From Vicugna vicugna (taxonomy: Eukaryota), in the NCBI GenBank assembly GCA_013265495.1, contig MU057989.1:1939513-2003512 (forward strand): a stretch of 64,000 nucleotides of DNA, read 5' to 3'. Positions 11,640 to 25,070 of the stretch are shown here, piece by piece. How positions within the stretch are numbered: position 1 is the stretch's first letter; the number at the start of each line of letters is the position of its first letter. The notes beneath the pieces are model-generated. The model saw only the letters and a list, made by a program, of their open reading frames with translations, did no database searches and had not been told where the DNA came from. Position numbers and translations under genes: made by a program.

Positions 11640-13290
11640 GTTTAAAATAAACTTTTACTTTTAGAATAGCTTTAGATTTACAGAAAAATTAATAGTGTAG
11701 AGAGTCCCTACATAGGAAATAGGTGTGGGGTATTTCTCTGTTCTTAGCATCTTACGTTAATGTGACACGCTTGTCCCAATTAGCGAACCAGTACTGATGC
11801 AGTCTTATTAACTAAAGTCCACAGTTTATTCAGATTTCCTTAGTTTTTACCTGATGTCTCTTTTCTGTTCCAAGAGCCCACCCAGGACACCACCTTGCAT
11901 TTGGTCATCCGGTCCCCTTAGTCTCCTCTGGACCATGACAGTTTCTCAGTCTTTCCTTGTTTTTGATGACCTTGACAGTGTAGAGGAGTACCAGTCAGCT
12001 GTTTTGTAGAATTTGCCTCACTGGGCATGTATCTGGTGGTTTTTTGTGATTAGGCTGGAGATTTGGGTGTGGGGAGGAAGGCGCAGAGGTGAAGTGCCCT
12101 CTTATGCCATCCCATCCCATCACACATCCCATCTCATCTCATCTCATCCCATCCCATCCCGTCCCACATCCATCCCATCCCCTCCCACATCTCATCATAT
12201 CCCATCCCGTCCCATGACATCGCATCCCATTATGTGCAGTGACCCTGAGTTAGCACTGCCGCTTGTGCCCTTGACCCCTGGCTGAGGGTGTGTTTGTCGG
12301 GGTTCTCTGCTGTTCAGCTACTCTTCTCTCCCTTTTCATCCTGTGCTGTTTGGAAGGAAGTTGCTATCCACAGCTCGCACCTAAGGAGAGCAGAGTGTTT
12401 ACACAGATTATGTGGAATCCTCCTGTGGGGGAGGTTGATCTTTCCCCCCTTTTGTTTATTTACTTAAACCGTATCAGTGTGGACTCGCAGATACTCGTCT
12501 CATATTTTGGGCTATAATCCAGTAGAGCTTTCATTTTCTTGCTTAAATTATTCTGACTTTGGCCTCTGGGATCTTTCAGGTGGTTTCTGCGTCCTTTGGA
12601 CATACCTCCCGTAATTGTGGAGTGTTTTTCTTTCTTGTTTTCAACACTAACTCACTTTCTGGCTCTGCAGGATGCTCCTGGCTCATCTGGTCTAGTTCCT
12701 GCTTCCGTCCTAGAACCAGCCATGTCTGCCAGGAGCCCTGGATCCTTTTACTGGAGAGTGTACTAGGAACTAAGCTCGGGGCGCTCTGTGTGCTCTGCCA
12801 CTAGGGGGTCATCTGGGAGGAGCAAGGAAGCCTGTGTATGTATACTGACCCCAGCGTGTGCACGAACCTGTAGATAGTTCTGTACGTCAGGACCTGTATC
12901 TGTAGTCAGAGAAACGTGACTTGTACTGACATCTCTCCCACAGCCTGTGATCACACACGTCATTCATACCTTCTGTCCTCACCATCTGCAACCTCTCATT
13001 CCAGCAATGAGAAACTTGCTCCTACCTCTGCCGTCCACCCACCCACGCCCCTGTCCCCCGTTCAGGTCCAGGCCAAGTGCACGGACATCTCGGGATTGTA
13101 CACACAGGCCCCATGTGTGCGGGGTGCATGCTCCATTCCTTTTGCCTTCAGCTTACAGACCCCATTTCTAAAGGAACTCGTGTCGGCACCTTTTTGCCCC
13201 CACCGTCTTCAGGGAGGTTGTGTCACACGTTAGTAATACAGTTAGAGCCCCTTTTCACAGTGTGACTTACTTCCCAAGACACTTGACTTT
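11640..13290 (-). mobile_element. Old L1 (L1MC-like) 3' region
   Basis: ttttagaatagctttagatttacagaaaa...ttattaactaaagtccacagtttattcagatttc motifs. Confidence 0.6.
12107..12230 (+). repeat. Degenerate (CCCAT)n pentanucleotide repeat
   Basis: catcccatcccat...cccatcccgtccc. Confidence 0.85.
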
Positions 13291-13304
13291 CTAAATGATT
13301 TTTT

Positions 13305-15689
13305 TTCTTTTTTTAAGTATAATTTGATTTACAATGTTGTATTAGTTTCTGGTGTATACCATAGTGATTCAGTTATACATATATATGTATATATGCATAT
13401 TTTTCATACTCTTTTTCATTATAAGTTACAAAATACTGGATATAGTTCCTTGTGCTATACAGAAGAAACTTGTTTATTTTATATGTAGTAGTTAGTTTTT
13501 GCAAATCTCAAACTCCCAGTTTATCCCTTTCCACCCCCTTTCCCGCCTGGTAACCGTAAGTTTGGTCTCCATGTCTATGAATCCTTTTCTGTTTTATAAA
13601 TAAGTTGATTGCTATCTTTTTTTTTTAGATTCCACATGTAAGTGATATCATACGGTTTTTCCCTTTCTCTGGCTTGCTTCACATAGTATGATAATCTCCA
13701 GGTCAATCCATGTTGCTGCAAATGGCATTATTTCATTCTTTTTTATAGCTGTGCAGCATTCCATTGTGTAAATATACCACATCTTCTTTATCCAGTCATC
13801 TTTGATGGACATTTAGGTTGCTTCCATGTCTTGGCTGTTGTAAATAGTGCTGCTGTGAACACTGAGATGCATATATCTTTTCAAATTAGAGTTCCCTCTG
13901 GATATATGCCCAGGAGTGGGATTGCTGGATCATAACTAACTCTGTTTTTAGTGTTCTTTTGAAGAAACCTTTGTACTTTTCTCTATCATGGCTGCAGTAA
14001 TTTGCATTCCCACCAACATTGTGGGAGGGTTTCCTTTACTCCACACCGTCTCCAGCATTTATCCTCTGTGGACTTTTTAATGGTGGCCATTCTGACTGGT
14101 GTGAGGTGATACCTCATTTTGGTTTTGATTTGCATTTCTCATATAATTAGGAATACTGAGCATCTTTTCATGGCCATCTGTATGTCTTCTTTAGAGAAAT
14201 GTCTATTTAGGTCTTCTCATTTTTGACTGAGTTGTTTCGGGTCTTTTTGATATTGAACTGTGTGAGCTGCTTATATATTTTAGAAATTAATCTCTTGTCG
14301 GTCTCTTGTTTGCAAATATTTTGTCCCATTCCATAGGTTGTCTTTTTGTTTATGGTTTTGCTGTGCAAAAGCTTTTAAGTTGAATTAGATCCCATTTGTT
14401 TATTTTTGTTTTTATTTCCATTACTGTAGGAGACAGACCCCAAAAAATATTGCTGTGATTTAAGTCAGAGTGTTTGTTCTGCCTATGTTTTCCTCTAGGA
14501 GTTATATAGTGCTTGGTCTTACATTTAGGTCTTTAATCCATTTTGAGTTTATTTTTGTATAGGGTGTTAGAGAATGTTCTAATTTCAGTCTTCTACAGGT
14601 AGCTGTCCAGGTTTCCCAGCACCATTTACTGAAGAGACTGTATTTTCTCCATTGTATATTCTTGCCTCCTTTATTGTAGATTAATTGACTGTAAGTGCAT
14701 TGGTTTATTTCTGGACTTTCTGTCCTGTTCCATTGATCTTTGTGTCTTGTTTCTGTGCCAGTACCATACTGTTTTTGTTACTGTAGCTTTGTAGTATAGT
14801 CTGAAGTCAGGGAGTGTGACTCCTCTAGCTCCATTCTTCTTTCTCAATATTGTTTTGACTATTCAGGGTCTTTTGTGTTTCCATACAAGTTTTAAAGTTT
14901 TTTGTCCCAGTTCTGTGAAAAATGCCACTGATAATTTATAGGGATTGCACTAAATCTGTAGATTCCCTTGGTTAGTGTGGCCATTTTAACAATATTGATT
15001 CCTTCAATCCAAGTACACGGTGTTGTATTCAGTTTCTTTCATCAGCGTCTTACAGTTTTCAGGGTACAGGTTCTTTGCCTCCTTAGGTAGGCTTATTCCT
15101 AGGTATTTTATTCTTTTTGATGGACAGATGGTAGATGGAATTGCTTCCTTAATTTCTCTTTCTGATTGAGTTGTTAGTGTATAGAAATGCCACAGATTTC
15201 TGTGTGTTAATTTTGCATCCTGCAGCTTTACTGAAATTCATTGATGAGCTCTAGTAGTTTTCTGGTTGCTTCTTTAGGGATTTATATGTAGAGTATCATG
15301 TCATCTGCAAACAGGGGCAGTTTTACTTCTTCTTTTCCAGTTTGGGCTCCTTTCATTTCTTTTTCTTCTGATTGCTGTGGGTAGGGCTTCCAAAACTATG
15401 TTGAATCAAAGTGGTGAGAGTGGCGTTCTTGTCTTGCTCCTGATCTTAGAGGAAATGCTTTAAGCTTTTCACCATTGAGTATGATGTTAGCTGTGGGTTT
15501 GTCATATCTGGCCTTTATTACGTTGAGATATGTTGCGTCTATGCCCACTTTCTGGAGAGTTTTTTTTAAATCATAAATGGATGTTGAATTTTATCGAAAG
15601 TTTTTTCTGCATCTATGGAGATGATCATATGGTTTTCATTCTTCAGTTTGTTAATGTGCTGTGTCACATTGATTTGTGGATACTGAAAA
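13305..15689 (-). mobile_element. 5'-truncated L1 (ORF2 3' part + 3'UTR) with TSD
   Basis: Antisense ORF2 motifs; TSD ctaaatgat(t/c)tttt at 13291-13304 and 15690-15703, followed by AA (TTTT/AA endonuclease site). Confidence 0.9.
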
Positions 15690-16969
15690 CTAAATGATCT
15701 TTTAAAAGTTTGTGTACATTAAGGTTCACTCTTTTTCTGTGTGTGTGTTTCCTTACTATAGTATAGTCAGTTTATAGTGTCATGTCACTTTTCGGCATAA
15801 AGCATAAAGGTTCACTCTTTGTGCCATGAAGTTCTGCTGGTTTTGATAAATGCAGTGTATCGTGTATCTACGATTGCATAAAAGTTTCACTTCCCTAAGA
15901 TGTCTCCCTTGCTTCACTTATTCAGCCCTCTTCCTCCCAAACTCTGGCCACCACTGAACTGTTCACCACCTCTAGTACAGCCTGCCTTTTCCAGGGTGGT
16001 GTGAGCGCGTGATGTAAGTGGGTGTATGCAGCGGCTGTGAGCACACCTAGTGTGGGGCCCCACTTCCGTATGTCGATTGCTGTACATGGTGTAACTGTAC
16101 TTCACTCTTTATTCTGTCCCATAAAGATCTTTCTCTGTCCTTGCTCTCTACTGTGTTGTCATATGGGATGTGGCTTTGTAAGTCTTGATATCTGGTCTCC
16201 CACTTTGTCCCTCGTCACAAGCGTTTTGGATATTCTTGACCCTTTGCTGTTTTCATAAAGATGTTGGGATCACCTCGTCAAGTTCCACAAAAACATTTTT
16301 TTCAGAGTTTTGATTGAGAGTGCGTTGAATCTGCAGGTGAATTTGGGGAGATCTGCTATATTTACAATAAGGAGTTTCTAATCCACGTACAGCTGCATGT
16401 CATCATTTACTTAGATTTTCTCTAATACTTCTCAGTGAAGCTTTAGAGTTTCTCCACAGAAGTTCTGTGTATCTTTTGTTAGATTTACTCATAGGCAATT
16501 GTAACTTTTTATTATGAAAAATTTTAAACCGATAGAAAAGTAGACTGAGGATTATATTGAACTCAAACACACCTGTCACCAGCTTCTTTTGTATTTTCTA
16601 CATACACAGTTATATCATCGATTAATAGTAATAGCTTTGTTTTTCTCTTCCCTGTGCTGTAACCCCATTTTCCTTCTGTGTGTGTTCAGAGAGCCAGTGT
16701 GTGTTGAACACATAGCAGAAGCCTGCCTTCCTGATTTCAAAGGAGAAACTTTAGTGTCTTACTGTAGATTATCGTGTTGCTGTGTTTTTTGTTTTTTTAG
16801 TACAGTCAACTACAGTGTGTCAATTTCTGGTGGACAGCACAATGTCTCAGTCATGCATATACATACATATATTCATTTTCATATTCTACTTTTCATTAGA
16901 TCAAGTTTCCACCCACATTTAAATCACTGAGAGTTTTTTTTAAATGATGATGAATGTTAAATTTTCTTT

Positions 16970-17395
16970 CTTTATTGAAGTACAGTCAATTACAATGTGT
17001 CAACTTCTGGCATACAGCACAACGTCCCAGTTATGCATGTACATACATACATTCGTTTTCATATTTTTTCCGTGAAAAGTTATTATAAGATATTGAAGAT
17101 AGTTCCCTGTGCTATATTGAAGAAACCTTTTTTTTTAAATCTGTTTTTGTATATAGTGGCTAACATTTGTAAATCTCAAACTCCCTGATTTATCCCTTCC
17201 TACCCTCTTTCCCTGGTAACCATAAGATTGTTTACCATGTCTTGTGAGTCTGTTTCTGTTTTGTAGATAAGTTCATAGTGTCTTTTTTTTTAGATTCCAC
17301 ATATGAGTGATATCACATGGTATTTTTCTTTCTCTGTCTGACTGACTGCACTTAATATGATAACCTCTAGGTCCATCCGTGTTGCAGCTGATGGC
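16970..17395 (-). mobile_element. L1 3' end
   Basis: tttattgaagtacagtcaattacaatg...ttccctgtgctata...tagattccacatatgagtga. Confidence 0.8.
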
Positions 17396-17624
17396 ACATG
17401 GCTTCTCCCCCCTGTTTTTTCCTATCTTGGCCCATTGTTTGCTTATTCAGATCACTTGTTTTAGTAGGTAATCACATTATTTATCTGTTCACCTCTTTTG
17501 GCCTGTCTCCGCCTGGCAATTTTTCAGAATGCCATTTAAATGAAGGAAATGACTGAAATATTGTGTTGTTTGTATACAGATGTGTTTGGTAAAGTGCTTT
17601 TCTGTTTTTCTTTTGGAAATTAAG

Positions 17625-17727
17625 AAGAGACGTGGAGGTTGTCCTTCTCTCACGTTGAAAAGGACCTTTTGAAAAACCATGGGCAAGCTAAAACATGCTG
17701 TGAAACTGATGGAGTGAAATGTTGCAG
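17625..17727 (+). CDS. CGAS: CGAS exon 4 (zinc thumb H...CC...C)
   Basis: taag|[48 protein letters not shown]|gtaact; 103 nt; absent from the ORF track. Confidence 0.97.
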
Positions 17728-18157
17728 GTAACTTCCTTGTTTTATTACAGGACAGAGCATCAACGGAACGTTTAATTCTTTGTTGACCCCATAGCTCAGA
17801 CCTGAAGATGATCATGGCTGGGTTGAGCTGTATTAGAGCGTGAGCGTGGAGCAAGGAAGCCAGGTCCCAGGGGCCAAGGGAAGAGTGCTGGTGGAAGGCA
17901 TGGCGAGGGCATAGTCCTGAGCCTGACTATGGGTGTACAGAGGAGGACAGAGTCAGGGTGTGAACACCAGGCAGGACTAGCCGTGACAGCTGAATTTGTC
18001 CTAGTGTTCTGGTTGCCTCAGGGTAATGAGTATTGATGCCGCATAGCGGGAGGAGGTCAGAGGACCACTCTTACTGGATGTGGGTGCTCGCTTTGAGACG
18101 GTTTGTCTGCATTCAAGGCCAGGGACTGACCACCCAAATCTGAAACCACACTAAGAG

Positions 18158-18275
18158 ATGGGTAATTACTTTCCTTGGTACTTCCTTGATTGCCGCTTGG
18201 AGGCGGTAGCGGGGGTTGAACTGGGGACCTCTTGATTGCTGAGCGTGTACTCTGCCGCTTGAGCTGTACCCTTCT
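18158..18275 (-). mobile_element. Highly diverged vic-1-like SINE
   Basis: ggtaatta ... gggggttgaactggggacctc...cttgagctgtaccct. Confidence 0.6.
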
Positions 18276-18394
18276 GCCAAAAAGAAACTGCTCTTGAAAA
18301 GGAATCATCTGTGGTTCTAAAGTTGTCCAGAGTAAGGGCCACAAAAATTAAAAGGTCGAAACAAGAACGTCCAGTGTGCAGGCCCAGGAGGTTC

Positions 18395-18523
18395 TTTGTT
18401 TTGCGGGGCGGGGGATAATTGGGCATTTATTTATTTATTTATTTAAATGGAGGCACTGAGGATTGAACCCAAGACCTCCCACATGCTAAGCATGCTCTGT
18501 ACCACTGAGCTATACCCTCCCCC
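18395..18523 (-). mobile_element. vic-1-like SINE
   Basis: SINE core and tail. Confidence 0.85.
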
Positions 18524-19124
18524 CAGGAGGTTCTTGAGGCTTCATCTAAGGGCCTTTGAAGCAAGCATATTAAGAAACATATATTGCTGATAAGGCTCAA
18601 TAACTACATAAACATTAAATTTTGTCAACTACAAATAGCTGGATAATTAATGTAAATGTTGCAGCCTAGTAAAGCAAAACCATTTTATAAAAATTAAAAC
18701 ATGATTTTTCCAGGTACTACATAACTGGATGACTACTATAAATGTCTGCCCAGTTTCATGTATTGAATTAATCCTGATAGAATAAAATATTTAAGGTAGG
18801 AATGGAGGAGAAAGAAGGAAAAAATGTATTTTTGAAACTTTTTTTTTAAGTTGAGGTGGTCAAGTGGTCAGACTATTGAAAATAGTCAGTTTAGAGTGTT
18901 GTGTCAATTTCTGGTGTACAGCATCATGTTTCAGTCATACATAGACACATACTCCTTTTCATATTCTTTATTATAGGTTACTACAAGATACTGAATATAG
19001 TTCCCTGTGCTCTAAAGAAGAAACTTGTTTATCTATTTTGTATTTCTATTTTTTAAGCTTCTTTTTTTTAAGTGTTAAGCATTTATTCTTAAATGTGGGA
19101 GAAAATGAAAAGATTATCACAGTA

Positions 19125-19590
19125 GTATAGAAATGAAGCCGTCTATTTGCAGCAATGTGGATGTCCCTGGAGAATGTCATTCTAAGTGAAGTAAGCCAGA
19201 AAGAAAAAAAAATATCACATGAGATTGCTAATATGTGGAATGTAAAGAAAAATAAATTTAAAAAAATAAATGAGCAAAAATACAAAACAGAAACAGACTC
19301 ATAGACATAGAATACAAACTTGTGGTTGCCAGGGCGGGGGAGGGTGGCGGGAAGGGACAGACTGGGAGTTTGAAATTTGTAGATACTGACGGGTATATAT
19401 AGAAAAGATAAACAAGATTATACTGTATAGCACAGGGAAATATATGAAAGATCTTGTGGTAGCTCATGGTGAAAAAGAATGTGGCAATGAATATATGTTC
19501 ATGAATAACTGAAAAATTGTGCTCTACACTGGAAATTGACACAACATTGTAAACTGACTATAATTCAATAAAACAAAATTAAAGAACAAA
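19125..19590 (+). mobile_element. L1 3' end (relatively young)
   Basis: ctaagtgaagtaagccaga...gtatagcacagggaaatat...aattcaataaaa A-rich end. Confidence 0.85.
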
Positions 19591-19893
19591 ACACAGCCAT
19601 CTAGCCACATGGTGCTCATAGGTGATACACCTTTTTTTTTATTGCAGTTATTTTTGAAACTTTTAAAGCATACATTTGAAAAAATCATTAGGTTTTAGAG
19701 TGACTTTATAATTATGTTATTTTTATATATCTTTATTGTTTATTATATCTTGTTTTCTGTATCATATGTATTATAATATCTGTACTTTTTATTATATCGT
19801 TACATGTTTTTCCTGTGAGGTGCCTAAAGCTCATTATAGAATGAAACAGATTGTAAATAAATAAAAATAAATGATACTCTTTTTTATTCAAAG

Positions 19894-20245
19894 GAAAGAC
19901 TGTTTGAAGCTAATGAAATATCTTTTAGAACAACTGAAGAAGAAGTTTGGAAAGCGAAAGGAGCTGACGAAGTTCTGTTCTTACCACGTGAAAACCGCCT
20001 TCTTTCATGTCTGTACCCAGGACCCGTATGACAGTCAGTGGCTCTCTAGGGACCTGGAGCTCTGCTTTGATAAATGCGTGACATACTTTCTTCAGTGCCT
20101 CAGGACAGAACAGCTTCAGCACTATTTCATTCCCACAGTCAATCTGTTCACTCCAGACCAAATTGACAAAGCAAGTAAAGAATTTCTATCAAAGCAAATT
20201 GAAGATCAGAGAAACAATGGATTTCCAGTTTTTGGTGCATTTTGA
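19894..20245 (+). CDS. CGAS: CGAS exon 5 (Mab21 C-lobe, stop)
   Basis: tcaaag|[22 protein letters not shown]...[10 protein letters not shown]...[11 protein letters not shown]; 352 nt; total CDS 1512 nt. Confidence 0.97.
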
Positions 20246-21039
20246 AATTATATTTTTTAACAGAATCAAGAATCAGAGTGCCTTTACAGTAACTGAAGTG
20301 TTTGGAATGTGTCACAGCAATGACTGATTAAAATGAATGTAAATCATTATTTATTCAGCTCTCAGTTTGTCTCGGTAAATGCTAATTAACATAAAAGGGT
20401 AGATTATCCTAGGAAAGAGATTAGTCAAGGAATAAGACGCAGAAGGAGTGTTGAACCAGGAAAGCTTTACCAGTGGAATGAGAAGGACAGAATTCCCATC
20501 ACCCTGGTTAACTCCATCAGGCCCCTGCTGCACACTCCGCATGCGGCGCTAATGCATGGAAGCTGGCGAGAGCGTCTTAGGAAGGACCGCTGCCTCCTTA
20601 CTGTTGGTTTTGTTCAGCGCACAAATATATTTAGAAGCCATGTCCTGTCCTTCTTAAGAAGAAAATGAAAAAAAAAAACAAAACAGGTTCTGCAAGTCTC
20701 AGGAAATTCATAACCTTTTACAGGAAGGCACAGGACACTTAACTACACGTGGCTAAATACAAAACAGAACTTATTTCATTTTCAGTACTACCTTCCATGT
20801 GTATTTCTGAAAAGGTAATACGTACCCATGGTACAAAACTCAAAAGGGTGTGGCATGAAACGTCGCCCTCTCTTCTTTGCGCTCAGGCAGGGTTCACCTA
20901 GAGGCACCTGCTGTTAACGTTTTCCCTTTCATGTATTTTGCACATTTTCTTATCGGTTATTTTATTGTTTTCTCGTCATTTTTATCATTTTCATATAACA
21001 ACTTCTACTGTGTGGATTGTCTATATCTTTCTTTTTGTA

Positions 21040-23250
21040 AATTTTCTTAATTAAAGTATAGTCCGTTTACAACGTGTTGATTTCTGGTGGACAGCATAGT
21101 GATTCAGTTATACATACATATATATATATGTATTCCTTTTCATATTTTTCATTATAGGCTATTACAAGATACTGAATATAGTTCCCTGTGCTGTACAGAA
21201 AAAATTTGTTTATCTAGTTTATATTTCTATTTTTGAAGCTATAGGACCTTGTTTATCAATTTTATATATAGTAGTTAGTATCTGTTTATCCTAAACTCCG
21301 GATTTATCCCTACAGCCCCTCTTCCCCCTGGTAATCTGAAATTTGTTTTCTATGTGAATCTGTCTGTTTCTGTTTTGTAAATAAGTTCATTTGTGTCATT
21401 TTTTAGATTCCACATATAAATGCTATCATATGGTATTTGTCGTTCTCTGTCTGACTTCATATAGTGTGACAATCTCCAGGTCAATCCATGTTGCTGCAAA
21501 TGGCATTATTTTTTTCTTCTTATGGGTGCATTGTATAAATATACCATAACTTCTTTATCCAGTCATCCATTGATGGACATTTAGGCTACTTCCATGTCTT
21601 GGCTATTGTACATAGTGCTGCTATGAACACTGGGGCACATGGATCTTTTCAAATTATAGTTTTCTCTGGATATATGCCCAGGAGTGGGATTGCTGGATCA
21701 TATGGTAAGTCTGACTTCAGTTTTTTTGTTTGTTTGTTTATACTATGAGGCTTTTAATAGGTAATGAAAATAAATAATATTAGAATATTATATATTCTGA
21801 AATATATACATATATGCATATATATATTTCTAAATCATCCACCTGATAATCTTTATATTCAGTTTCATATAAACCTTTTTTTTAACATATAGTTTACAGC
21901 ACTCTGCCAATTTCTGGTGTACAGCATAAAATTTCAGTCATACATATGCATATGTGTATTCCTTTTCATATTTTTTCATTATAGGCTATTACAAGATATT
22001 CAATATAGTTCCCTGTGCAACACAGTAGGACCTTGTTTATCTATTTTATAGTAGTTAGTGTCTGCAAATCTTGAACTCCCAGTTTATCCCTTCCCACCCT
22101 CTTTCCCCCACTAGTAACCATAAGTTTGTTCTCTATGTCTTTGAGTCTCTTTCTGTTTTATGAACAAGTTCATTTGGGTCATTTTTTAGATTCCACGTAT
22201 AAGTAATATGTGGTATTTTTCTTTCCCTGTCTGACTTCACTGAGTATGATAATCTCCCAGTCCACCTGTGTTGCTGCCAATGGCGATATTTTATTCTTTT
22301 TATGGCTAACTAGTATTCCATTGTATATATAGACCACAACTTCTTTATCTGGTCATCTGTTGATGGACATTTAGGCTGCTTCCATGTCTTAGCTATTGTA
22401 AATAGTGCTGCTGTGAACATTGGGGTGCGTGTGTCTTTTCAAATTATAGTTTTCTCCAGATACATGCCCAGGAGTGGGATTGCTGGATCATAGGGTAACT
22501 CTTTTTATTTTTTTAAGGAACCTTCGTACTGTCCTCCATAGAGGCTGCACCAAATTACATTCCCACCAACAGTAAAGGAAGGTTCCTTTTTTCCACACCC
22601 TCTCCAGCATTTATTATTTGTAGACTTTTGAATGATGGCCATTCTGACTGGTGTGAGGTGATACCTCATTGCGGTTTTGATTTGCATTTCTCTAATAGTG
22701 ATATGGAACATTTTTTCATGTGCTTGTTGGCCATTTGTCTTTGGAGAAATGTCTGTTTAGGTCTGCCATTTTTGATTAGGTGCTTTTTTCTGTTACTGAT
22801 TTGTATGAGCTGTTCGTATATTCTGGAAATTAAGCCCTTGTCAGTCACATCATTTGCAAATATTTTCTCCCATTCTGGAAGTTGTCTTTTCATTTTGTTA
22901 ATGGCTTCCTTTGCTGTGCAAAAGCTTGTATGTTTAATTAGGTCCCATTTGTTTATTTTTGCTTTTATTTCTACTGCTTTGGTAGACTGTCCTAGGGGAA
23001 CATTGCTAAGATTTAGGTGGGAGAATGTTTTGCTTATGTTTTCTTCTAGGAGGTTTGTAGTGTCTTATGTTTGTCTTTAGGCCATTTTGAGTTTATTTTT
23101 GTGTGTAGTGGGAGTGTTCTAACTTCACTGATTTACACGCGGCTGTCCAGTTTTCCCAACACCAGTTGCTGAAAAGACTGTCTTTTCTCCATTGTGTATT
23201 TTTGCCTCCTTTGTCGAACATTAATTGACTGTAGGTGTGTGAGTTTATAC
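21040..23250 (-). mobile_element. Two stacked L1 3' fragments (~21040-21725 and ~21880-23250)
   Basis: Repeated 3'UTR blocks; ORF2 C-terminal peptides [17 protein letters not shown] and EWEKIFAN in the ORF track. Confidence 0.9.
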
Positions 23251-23669
23251 CGTTTTTCTGATGTCTAAGTTTTAGTGAGCAAGGTTTTAAAATTTTAATG
23301 TAGTTGAGTTTACCAGCCTTCTCCTTTTGCTTGTGCATTTCATGTAGCTTGTTTAACCACCTATTGTGTTTGAACATTCTGAGTGAAAAGTTGGACATTT
23401 GGAGAGTCTGGGGGACAATGTATGCTAAGTAAATAGAAAATTAAGCAAACAAAAAAATCTAAGCTACTTTTAACTCCAGGAAAAAATGAATGTGTGCAAG
23501 AAAAGTAATCATGGTCTGATTTGAGATATTGCTCAGCTGTCAGTATTTATGAAGTCAAAGTGATAGAACTATTGACTGTTAATCTTACCAGAATTACGAT
23601 TAGTTATGTGGAGAGGATGGGGCAGCAGCCGAAGGGCTTGTGTGTGACAGTCGTGGAGGGGGTTGGATT

Positions 23670-24075
23670 ACAGTAGTTTCCCATTGCTGCTTAAGAAGTT
23701 ACTACAAACTCAGTGACTTAAAACAGCACACATTTATTATTTCACAGTTTCCGCAGGGCAGGGTTCTGGGCGTGGCTCTGCACCGGGCCTCATAAGACTT
23801 CCGTCCAGGTGTCACCTGGGGTGTAGTCTTATTTGAGGCTTGATCCACTTTTACTGGCCATGATCAGTTTTTTAGAGCCGTGGGCCTGAAGACCTCAGTC
23901 TCCCGCTGACTGTGGGCAAGAGATTGCCCTCAGCTGCTAGAAACCGCCTTCGGTTCTTGGCCGCGCTGACCTTCCAGCACGGGCAGCCCACAAGGCGGCA
24001 GCCGACTTCACAGCCCGCAGGGGAGGGCGGGCCTCCAGCAAGAAGGGTCCGAGCTCCGAGGCCCCATTTGCCCAT
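23670..24075. mobile_element. MaLR (MLT1-like) LTR
   Basis: tagtttcccattgctgct...actacaaactcagtgacttaaaacagcacacatttattat. Confidence 0.65.
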
Positions 24076-24229
24076 GTGTACTACGTGCATACGTGACTTC
24101 GATAAAAATGAAAACACTGAAAAGCAGTATGTGCCCGGTGTAACAAAAACCTGCTCACTTAAATGTAAAGAAGAAAGTGAAAATTGCTTGTAACTTCACT
24201 GCCCAGAGGGATATTATTATTAACCTAAT

Positions 24230-24383
24230 TCTTTTTTTTTAAGGTCTTTTTGTTTTTGGAGGGTGAGGTAATTAGGTTTATTTATTTCAACTTTAAATTT
24301 TTTTAAGATTGAGGTACTGGGGATCGAACCCAGGACCTCGTGCATGCTAAGCACATGCTCTACCACTGAGCTACACCCCCCTC
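24230..24383 (-). mobile_element. vic-1-like SINE
   Basis: SINE core and tail. Confidence 0.85.
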
Positions 24384-24984
24384 CAATTATGAACCTAACT
24401 CTGCATTTTGTTAAGAAGGAAAGGGGGCTCCTAGCTGTTAGCCTAGCCCACCGCCACTGAAAATCTGTCTATAACTCATACTAATGTTGGTATTTTCCAC
24501 TTATTTTAATGGATGTTAATGTAACGAAACTCTTAGTACAAAAATTTAATATATATACTCTTTGGTATATGTTTTTGTATTATGAGCATACTTCCTCGTT
24601 ACTATTCAGACTTGCCTAACAGGATACACGCCATTGTTAAAAAGCTCAGACAGCACCTGGTGCGTTTCCGCACTCAGACGGCACTTACCTCGCCAGACGC
24701 GGTCACTGCGCTTCCTAAGTGGCCTCCTAAGTACACGCCTGTCTGTGGTCACACAGTCTGGTGATGAGAGGCCACTGCCCTGGAGGAGGCGGGGCACTGC
24801 TCCATCCTTTCCGGTTTGTACTCTATTCCATTGCGGTATTCAGGGTGTTCTTCATTTCTGCAGATTTTATTCACACACAGCAGTGAGAATGGCTTGATTT
24901 GACGCTCTTTCCCAGCCTTGATATCAGTTATGCTAGCTTTGTTTAGCTGTATTTCATGCATGTTCTATTGTTTTGTCCCCCTTA

Positions 24985-25070
24985 GTAGGGGCACGGGGGG
25001 GTTGAACCCAGGCCCTCGCGCATGCCAGGTGTACAACACTACCACTGAGCCATGCCTCCCACCCCCCACC
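24985..25070 (-). mobile_element. vic-1-like SINE (partial)
   Basis: gttgaacccaggccctcgcgcatgcc...taccactgagc. Confidence 0.7.
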
